NCBI GenBank assembly: GCA_001600695.1
Contig: BCKQ01000004.1
Coordinates: 101,421-165,420 of the forward strand
DNA: 64,000 nucleotides
Origin: Ascoidea asiatica JCM 7603
Taxonomy: Eukaryota; Fungi; Ascomycota
Direction: 5' to 3'
The notes under the pieces are model-generated. The model ran no database searches and was not told the origin of the DNA. It saw nothing but the letters and a program-made list of their open reading frames with translations. A program made the translations under genes and the position numbers. Positions 56,910 to 64,000 of this stretch are shown here, one piece after another. The first letter of the stretch is position 1, and each line of letters begins with the position of its first letter.

Positions 56910-59306
56910 TTAATTATCCTTTGAGTTTATATTATCGGGAACATATGGAGAAATGATAGGCTGTTCTACATTAACGCTGTGATTAGGATCACACCCTGGA
57001 CCTTTTTGAGGTGAATTTAACATAGAATCATTGTTGGAGATATTGTTAACAGTGTAATAATTCTGAGAAGGAGGTGTACCCGTAGAAGTTTCATGGGATC
57101 TACTTCTACTTCTTATTCTTTTCTTAAACCAATTTTCTTTTTTAGGGCTGAAATTTACATCCAGATAAGATTTTTCTTGATCAGTTACTGAACTCCATCT
57201 AGAATTTCTAGTATCTGAAGAATCTTGTTCAGATGAACTTGGTGTTTGAGCACTTGACGAGTCTTTGGATTTAGTTAAACCTAAAAGAGATAAATGTTTG
57301 AATATAGGAGATCTAGATGAAGTTGATAAATTTGTTTCCGGCTGTACTGCTTTTTCCTTAGAATTATTATGTGTTGAAACCATTTTGGTATTTGGAATTA
57401 CAATTGAATTAGTATTTTGTTCACTATAAGGTATATTAGAATCATCTTCATCTTCATTATTTGAAAATAGATCATCATCGATATCTAGATGAGCAAGTTC
57501 TACACCAGAATCATATTTTTCATTATTTGAATCTAAATCCTTTTTATCGATTACCGATATTTTTCTATTAACACCTCCTCTTATAATATCAGATTGTGCA
57601 ACAGAAGATAAACTTTTACTATGGGGTCTTCTTTTAATTTGGCACGTTTTGTTAGTAAATATCTGATAATCTTGAGCAGCAGTGCTTGATTTCACTTTAT
57701 TAGGAATATCTTTATTGGTTTCTTCATTTTTTCCTAAATCCATAGGTAAGGTTTTACTAGATTTAAGCTCTTTTGAGGAAAAATCTATATTATTATTTGA
57801 TTTCAAATTAATTGAATTTACTTCAGCATTAGATATTGCAAATTGTTTAGCTTGAGGGAGTAATTTATAAGAATATTCAATTAAAAATTCAACAACAGCT
57901 TGTGATAAAGCATATTCGCCAGGAATCAGATCATGTTTTGGGTGAGATAAAATTGAAGGTTGAAAAACTGCAGCTAAATTTCTTGCAGGCATTAAATTAT
58001 TTTCTGAATGAGCATCAAATATTGCCAATAAATCTAAAATATAAAATAATAATTGTTTTTGTAAAATTGGTAATTCATTTACAAGATTTTGATAATCAAT
58101 CAGAGCATTTTCAATCTCCCTTATTAATTTTTTACGTTTTCTTATTTTTTTTTTCAATTTTTGCTCATCAGAAATAATATTTTGATTATTTTGATTATTT
58201 ACAGTATTTTCAGTAATCTGAGATATATCATTTGATTTTTTAGATAAATCAATTTTTTGATCTAAATTATTTGAGTTAGAAGATAAATTTAAATTTAAAT
58301 TTTGAAAAGAATTTGTATAATCTAAAGGTTTAATTTCAGTATCATTTTTCAATGGATCACTAATACTTATATTACGATTATGAGTTGTATTTTTATTATT
58401 AATAGTATTAGAAGTTGAATTTGAAGTTGAATTTGAGTTTAAATTTAAATTTAAATTTAATTGAGAATTTATTGTAATCATTTTTGGTTTTTCAACTCTA
58501 TATTTGAAATATTTTAAAATTTGAGGTCTTGAAAATAATGGATAACGAAATTTTTCATACATATCTAATGGAATTAAAGGTTCAGGTAAAGCATTTAAGT
58601 ATCTTCTTAATAAAGAAGCAGAATCATGAACAGTAAAACCATTCCAATTTAATTTTTTACCATAATCTGGAGGAGAACTAAAAATTATTTGTAAATTTTT
58701 AACTCTTTTTGAAGAACCACCTAGTCTATATATACCTTCAATATCTAAACCATTCAGTTTTAAATAATTTCCACATTTTGCAACAACTACAGGAATTTTA
58801 CCATATTCTAATAATTTATTTGGATCATTACTTGCAACAGAAATTTTAGCTGAAGCAATTTTTAAAGAATCAATTAAAGGTACAGCAAAAATTAAATTAA
58901 TAATTTGATCATCATCATCATTATTATTTTGATTGATACTATTATAATTATTATTATAATTATATATGCTTAAATTTGAATTTTTACTTTTATTTGAATT
59001 TAAATTCTTAAAATTAGATTTATTTTGATTATTAGTAGAATTAATATTTGATTGAGAAGATAAAAAAGAAATTCTTTGAGATTTGAATTTATCATTAATT
59101 GATTGAGATAATAAAGAAGGATCATTTGATTTAAATGGTCTAATATTATTTGAGGATCTTGAAGGATAAGAAAGTTTTGGTCTTATTAAAGAATTATGAA
59201 CTAAATTATCTTTATTATCATCATTTTTATCATCATCAGCGCTAGTCATTTTTTTAAGAGAAGGCCACCATGAATGCCTAGGAGTTGGATCAGTACCAGT
59301 ACCCAT
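56910..59306 (-). CDS. SAC7: RhoGAP, Sac7/Bag7-like
   Basis: YGKIPVVVAKCG.YLK...EGIYRLGGS.KRVK.LQ.IF..PPDYGK, NLM.ARNLAAVFQPSILSHP, RRPHSKSLSS. Confidence 0.88.
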   Translation of the reverse strand: MGTGTDPTPRHSWWPSLKKMTSADDDKNDDNKDNLVHNSLIRPKLSYPSRSSNNIRPFKSNDPSLLSQSINDKFKSQRISFLSSQSNINSTNNQNKSNFKNLNSNKSKNSNLSIYNYNNNYNSINQNNNDDDDQIINLIFAVPLIDSLKIASAKISVASNDPNKLLEYGKIPVVVAKCGNYLKLNGLDIEGIYRLGGSSKRVKNLQIIFSSPPDYGKKLNWNGFTVHDSASLLRRYLNALPEPLIPLDMYEKFRYPLFSRPQILKYFKYRVEKPKMITINSQLNLNLNLNSNSTSNSTSNTINNKNTTHNRNISISDPLKNDTEIKPLDYTNSFQNLNLNLSSNSNNLDQKIDLSKKSNDISQITENTVNNQNNQNIISDEQKLKKKIRKRKKLIREIENALIDYQNLVNELPILQKQLLFYILDLLAIFDAHSENNLMPARNLAAVFQPSILSHPKHDLIPGEYALSQAVVEFLIEYSYKLLPQAKQFAISNAEVNSINLKSNNNIDFSSKELKSSKTLPMDLGKNEETNKDIPNKVKSSTAAQDYQIFTNKTCQIKRRPHSKSLSSVAQSDIIRGGVNRKISVIDKKDLDSNNEKYDSGVELAHLDIDDDLFSNNEDEDDSNIPYSEQNTNSIVIPNTKMVSTHNNSKEKAVQPETNLSTSSRSPIFKHLSLLGLTKSKDSSSAQTPSSSEQDSSDTRNSRWSSVTDQEKSYLDVNFSPKKENWFKKRIRSRSRSHETSTGTPPSQNYYTVNNISNNDSMLNSPQKGPGCDPNHSVNVEQPIISPYVPDNINSKDN

Positions 59307-59744
59307 TTATTATTTTATTATTTTATTATTATATTATTATAGTTTTAAATTGTTTGTTATTATTGTTGTTTATTATGTTTTTATTAAGGTTTTTATAAAT
59401 TAAGAAAAAAGATGAGATTTCATAAGATGATAAAAATTATAAGTAAATAATATATTAAAGTTTATTAAGAGATATATTGAGGAGTGTTAGAATAATAACT
59501 GATTATAAATTATTATAAAAGTTAGAACAATTAAAATTAGATTTAAATTTGTACTTAAATTTGAATTTAGATTAAACTTGAATTTAGTGTTCAATTTAAA
59601 TCTAGATTTTACTTAGAATTAGATTTGGACTTAGATTCAAAGTGATATATATATGATTATTATTATGCTTATGCTTATTTGTATTTTTATTCGTATTTTT
59701 ATTTGTATATATGCTTAGTCAACGATTAATTGATTGAATGTTTT

Positions 59745-59779
<35 letters not shown>

Positions 59780-59794
59780 ATTTGATTGATTGAT
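59745..59794. repeat. (GATT)n tetranucleotide microsatellite
   Basis: Direct inspection. Confidence 0.9.
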
Positions 59795-60109
59795 GCAAAG
59801 ATTGCTAAAAGTTTAGCCAGAAGTATTTTATATTAAAGACCAAATACCGATTAGATATGAATTGTGTCAAATAGATAAGAAGTTAGATAAGAGCTGATTT
59901 TGATCTTGATCTTGATTTTTGTCTGGATATTGATCTGGATCTTGGCCTTACAATTAACAAACTTGGTATTTAAAATAATATATTTAGAATATTATTTAGT
60001 ATTTATGATTATATTTTTCTTGAAAATAGATGTGAATATACAGTAGTATCTCAATTATATTCGTGATTTGTCGTTGTCTGTATTGATGGTGATATACTGC
60101 ACTTCTAAG

Positions 60110-60395
60110 AAGGTTCAGATTCTGGAAATGGACTGGGCGTGTTTCTGGAAGGAGAAACAGGAAAAGCTCCAGCGCCAGACAAAACTCCCCCAGTCTGAGT
60201 CACCAGCCCCAAATGAACAAACCAACCCGTTCTCCAGCCAGTCGACTCCGCACTGTTCAGAGGTTTACCGCAGATGTCCAGATTCTAGCTCAGACAAAAC
60301 TGCAGCGCTATACACAGCCACAAACACCAGGTTTGGCAAGTCAGGATTACATCCTGGTTCTGCGGCGGTAGCTCTTGGATAGTCCTCCGGTGGAT
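60110..60395. promoter_or_regulatory. GC-rich island upstream of SAC7
   Basis: Abrupt GC-rich segment with many CCAG/CTGG; flanks are extremely AT-rich. Confidence 0.55.
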
Positions 60396-60602
60396 ATTAC
60401 TATTTTTATATATAATTCAGAATTACCATTCATTTGAGTGTGAAATTATCAATTAAATAAATCATGAAAAAAAAAATGCAGAAAATGCAGAAAATGTAAA
60501 AAATATATAAAGTTCTTATAATATAAAATATCTGAAATGGAAAAAAAAATTAATTTCTTTATTTAAAAAGACAAGTAATAATTTGATAATCCACTTTTTC
60601 AT

Positions 60603-60790
60603 ATTTCCAAAAAAGGAAATCAAATGTAATTTTCCATGATTTTATAAATGTCAAGGCAAAACATTTATTTTTTGACTGATAAAATATCAGGATTACATTT
60701 CTTTCTATCTTGAAGATTGCTATTCTAATATTATAACTAATATAATCCGTTATGTTTACAATATTATCCAGATATTGCAATCACTGACAA
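60603..60790. other. Structured non-coding segment (three consecutive hairpins); candidate ncRNA or 3'UTR element
   Basis: ATTTCC/GGAAAT at 60603-60620; AAATGTAAT...GTCAA/TTGAC...ATTACATTT at 60622-60700; GATTGC..AATATT ATAAC/GTTAT..AATATT..GCAATC at 60715-60782. Confidence 0.4.
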
Positions 60791-60823
60791 ATAAAATCAA
60801 CTAACTAACTGAACTTTAATTGA

Positions 60824-61054
60824 TCATTTTTTAAAACTTAAATTCTTTAACTTCTTTCTATTATATTGCTTCTTTCTCCAACCACTAGTTTTGACAGTTT
60901 CAGTATTAATTTCTAAAATTTTATTTTCATCAATGAGATTTTCTGCTTTTTTTGAAAGCATTTCTGCTCTTTCATCATAATATTTCTGGAAAACAGTCTT
61001 TCTTTTTATAGACTTGGATTTCATTTTACTTTTTGAACGGATGGAGTGTGCCAT
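60824..61054 (-). CDS. Small basic nucleolar protein, YBL028C/DUF2423-like
   Basis: MAHSIRSKSKMKSKSIKRKTVFQ...V.TSGWR; divergent from RPL19, as YBL028C and RPL19B are in S. cerevisiae. Confidence 0.85.
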   Translation of the reverse strand: MAHSIRSKSKMKSKSIKRKTVFQKYYDERAEMLSKKAENLIDENKILEINTETVKTSGWRKKQYNRKKLKNLSFKK

Positions 61055-61243
61055 TTTTATAATACCCTTAATTTATACTATAGTTTGTTTAATGTATAAA
61101 ATGCTGTAAAGACTATATTTAATATTATACTGGAGTTAATAGTTTTTCTTAACTATGATTATTGTGATATTATTAACACTGTCAATGTTTTCAATACAAA
61201 ATGCCTTTGTGTTATTAGATTAGCTTTTTTCAGTAAAAACATG

Positions 61244-61264
61244 CACGTGCAAATTTATAGGGCT
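61244..61264 (+). promoter_or_regulatory. Cbf1-type E-box plus Tbf1-type site upstream of RPL19
   Basis: CACGTG-CAAATTTA-TAGGGCT, plus inverted AGCCCTA at 61475-61481. Confidence 0.7.
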
Positions 61265-61806
61265 CTATTTGTTTTTATTAGTCCTTGCCCTTGGGTCATT
61301 CAGCAATAGGAGATGGGATCGATGTGTAATCAAGATGTAATCAAGAAATCTGCTCTCGAAACAAAAGCAGTGTGAATGGATTTTTCTGTGACTGCTGTTT
61401 CTATAAAGTACCTGGGTTTTCTTCTTCTTCCTCGTTTTCTTTTTTTTCCTGCTAATTCTGTAACATTCAGTGAAAGCCCTACCCGCTGCCTTCTCACTGC
61501 TACTGCCACTGCTGCTCTTATTACTACTGTCACCACTACTGCTAACCTTACTGCTCGTGCTCCAGTTCTAGTATTAACGCTATTGCCCTTACCGGTACAG
61601 TCCCATTTCTACCAGTTCTGCTACTATTATTATTCACTACCCACTAATTCCACTTTCAGAAAGCATTAAGCAGATTTCAAATATACTAATTTAATTTTAT
61701 TTCAAGATTAAATATATTAAAAAATCTATCTTCTTAGAAAAAAACAAAACAAGAACCAAGAAAGTAGTAAAGATATAATCATTAAGGTCGTTATTCTCAT
61801 AAAAAA

Positions 61807-63052
61807 ATGTAAGTTTAAAATATCTTGTCAATTAAATTAATTAATCGTTCATTTCAAATTCATCATCAAATTTATAATTAAATCCATTGTCAAATATAAT
61901 ATCCATTATCTATATATTAATTATCAATATTTAACAAACAAAAATGTAATATAATAAGTAAAGTTATATGTTTACAAAGTAGTATATTCAAAAATTTTTA
62001 AAAGAGAATATTTCATCTTTATTTTAAAGTAATAATATCCTATATATATTTATACATTATTTAGTATGCAAAAAGATTATCATAAATCTAAATTTATTTC
62101 GAATCACACTTTCATTATAAATAAATTATTCACTTTAAAAAATTAATGGAATGTTAATATATAAAAAGAAAATACTTTTTTCTAAGTCTTGAAGAACATT
62201 TCATATATAATTTTTGAATTAATTCATTGTATATTATAATATAGTAATTTTGTTTTAAATTACTTTTCAGATGAAATAAAAACAATGTTCATAACTGGAA
62301 TAATAACTATAAAATATGAAATACTTTCTAGAGTCTTTAAAATATATCGAATCATCTTTTTTTTAAAAAATTACAATTGAAAGTAAAATGATGAAAGAGT
62401 AATTTACTTTTTTATTTTTAAACAAAAAAAAAATGAAAGCATTTAACTAACAATTTAATTTAATTTTATTTAATTTTATTTCTATTATAGGGCTAATTTA
62501 AAAACTCAAAAAAGACTTGCTGCATCCGTTTTAGGTGTTGGAAAAAGAAAGATCTGGCTTGATCCTTCTGAAACTTCTGAAATTGCAGTTTCTGATTCTC
62601 GTCAAGCTATTAGAAAATTATATAAAAATGGTATTATTGTTAAAAAACCTGCAAGAATTCATTCAAGGGCAAGAGCTAGAGCTTTAGCTGATTCAAAACG
62701 TGCTGGTCGTCATACTGGTTATGGTAAAAGAAAAGGTACAAGAGAAGCTCGTATGCCAACCGAAGTTTTATGGATGAGAAGATTAAGAGTTTTACGTCGT
62801 TTATTAGCTAAATACAGAGCTGCTGGTAAAATCGATCGTCATTTATATCACTCTTTATATAAATTAGCAAAAGGTAATGCTTTCAAACATAAACGTTCTT
62901 TAGTTGAACATATTATTCAAGCAAAAGCTGAATTTGCTCGTGAAAAAGCTTTAGAAGATGAAGCTGATGCAAGAAGATTAAGAAATAAAGCTGCTCGTGA
63001 AAGAAGACAACAACGTATCAGTGAAAAGAAAGAAGCTTTACTTAAAGATTAG
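61807..63052 (+). CDS. RPL19: 60S ribosomal protein L19 (eL19); exons 61807-61808 and 62491-63052
   Basis: AT|G GCT AAT TTA AAA ACT CAA = [26 protein letters not shown]... Confidence 0.97.
61809..62490 (+). other. Spliceosomal intron of RPL19 (682 nt), splitting the start codon
   Basis: GTAAGT donor, AACTAAC branch at 62445-62451, TAG acceptor. Confidence 0.92.
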
Positions 63053-63763
63053 TTCAATTAATTATTTGAATTCAATTTAATTATAATTCTCTTATACTTA
63101 ATTTTCAACTCAAATACAATTATCTGTTTTATTTATTCCTTCTGTTATATTTCAATGAATATCTATAATCATAACTCTGTTTGTTAATCTATTCGTAAAT
63201 CCTTTCGTAAATTTTTTCGTTTCATTTGATTTCCTTTGTTCTTCTATTTGAATTTAATTCATTTTTGAAACCTTTCGTTCTTATTTTATTTCCACTCGAT
63301 TAAATCCAATAACCTTCAAAGAGTCTTAACGAGTCGAAGGAAGCTGGCCACAGGTCTGTGACCAGTTCTGTGGTACTCCTCCAGCGCATCGCCGTTGCCG
63401 TTGATGTGTTAACAATTCTCAAAAAGAAAACACCTTTGGGCTACCACTGAATAAAACATAAATAAAGATAATAATAATAATAATAGTAATAATGCTTAGT
63501 GGTATGAGAATGTGTGTATTTTTCACTCTTCCCTTTTAACTATGTGAAAATTGTGTTATTGCTTTTTTTAAAATTATAAATTTAATATAAATACAGAAAT
63601 AACTCTTCAATTGATTGATTACTTTAATATTGGTTTTTTTTCTTTCTCAATCAACGAATTTCATTAATTGGCTTTTTATTTTATAAAACTCCTGTTTTTA
63701 TTTTTTTTCCTTTTAATCTCTTTTGTAAAACTCAAATTCAAATTAAACTTATATATTTCAAAA

Positions 63764-64000
63764 ATGAGTACTTTTTTCGATCAAATGTCTAAAAACTTTA
63801 CAGAAGTTGAGATTACTTCTGATAATAAAATTGATACAATTCAATTCCTAGAAGCTGTAGAATCTTTAGTTAAATTATTTGATTTATTAGGTTCTTCTGC
63901 TTTTTCTGTTGTTCAAAATGATATGAATGGTAATGTTAAAAAAATTAAAGCATTTTTAGAGAAAAATCCTTTAAATGGTAAATATTTACAAGATATTGTT
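63764..64000 (+). CDS. Glycolipid transfer protein (GLTP/HET-C2 family), 5' part, truncated by the window
   Basis: MSTFFDQMSKNFTEVEITSDNKIDTIQFLEAVESLVKLFDLLGSSAFSVVQNDMNGNVKKI... (not in the ORF track). Confidence 0.88.
   Translation, partial: MSTFFDQMSKNFTEVEITSDNKIDTIQFLEAVESLVKLFDLLGSSAFSVVQNDMNGNVKKIKAFLEKNPLNGKYLQDIV

Noticed and set aside
62488-62495. TAGGGCTA Tbf1-like motif at the RPL19 3' splice site
   Set aside because: Fully explained by the acceptor TAG plus the coding sequence G-GCT-A
1-64000. tRNA, rRNA, LTR/transposon, CRISPR or horizontally acquired bacterial genes
   Set aside because: No cloverleaf/B-box, terminal repeats, transposase/RT motifs or spacer arrays recognised; the 12-bp x4 repeat at 19434 has no spacers

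Overview
Very AT-rich nuclear DNA from a budding yeast (Saccharomycotina). In-frame CTG codons are nearly absent, introns have GTAAGT donors with degenerate branch points, and proteins carry poly-Asn runs. Together these suggest an Ascoidea-like (CUG-reassigned, Ascoideales) yeast; this is inference only. The window has about 27 protein genes, mostly housekeeping: MTR10, RPS4, RPB7, MRPL23, NUP82, an ATG40/REEP-like gene, MRP20, RPB2, AIP5-like, VPS17, eEF2, a ChAPs gene, MOT1, ADE8, ALG6, TYR1, ATG33/SCM4-like, TRS33, IFM1, SAC7-like RhoGAP, YBL028C-like, RPL19 and a partial GLTP/HET-C2. I reconstructed six spliceosomal introns that the ORF track misses. The left end holds three unassigned genes, one encoding a protein with THREE Zn(II)2Cys6 clusters. 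Main observations: (1) the triple zinc-cluster factor; (2) GC-rich promoter islands flanked by multi-kb AT-rich, microsatellite and poly-Asn halos with a G/C skew switch; (3) an eEF2 with substitutions in the diphthamide loop and sordarin pocket; (4) CTG avoidance; (5) a fixed-spacing CACGTG-N8-TAGGGCT module at both ribosomal-protein promoters; (6) recurrent TACWGTA and TACCGGTA palindromes; (7) a structured multi-hairpin non-coding segment at 60.6-60.8 kb. No tRNA, rRNA, transposon or CRISPR was recognised. Homolog comparisons are from memory and counts are manual.
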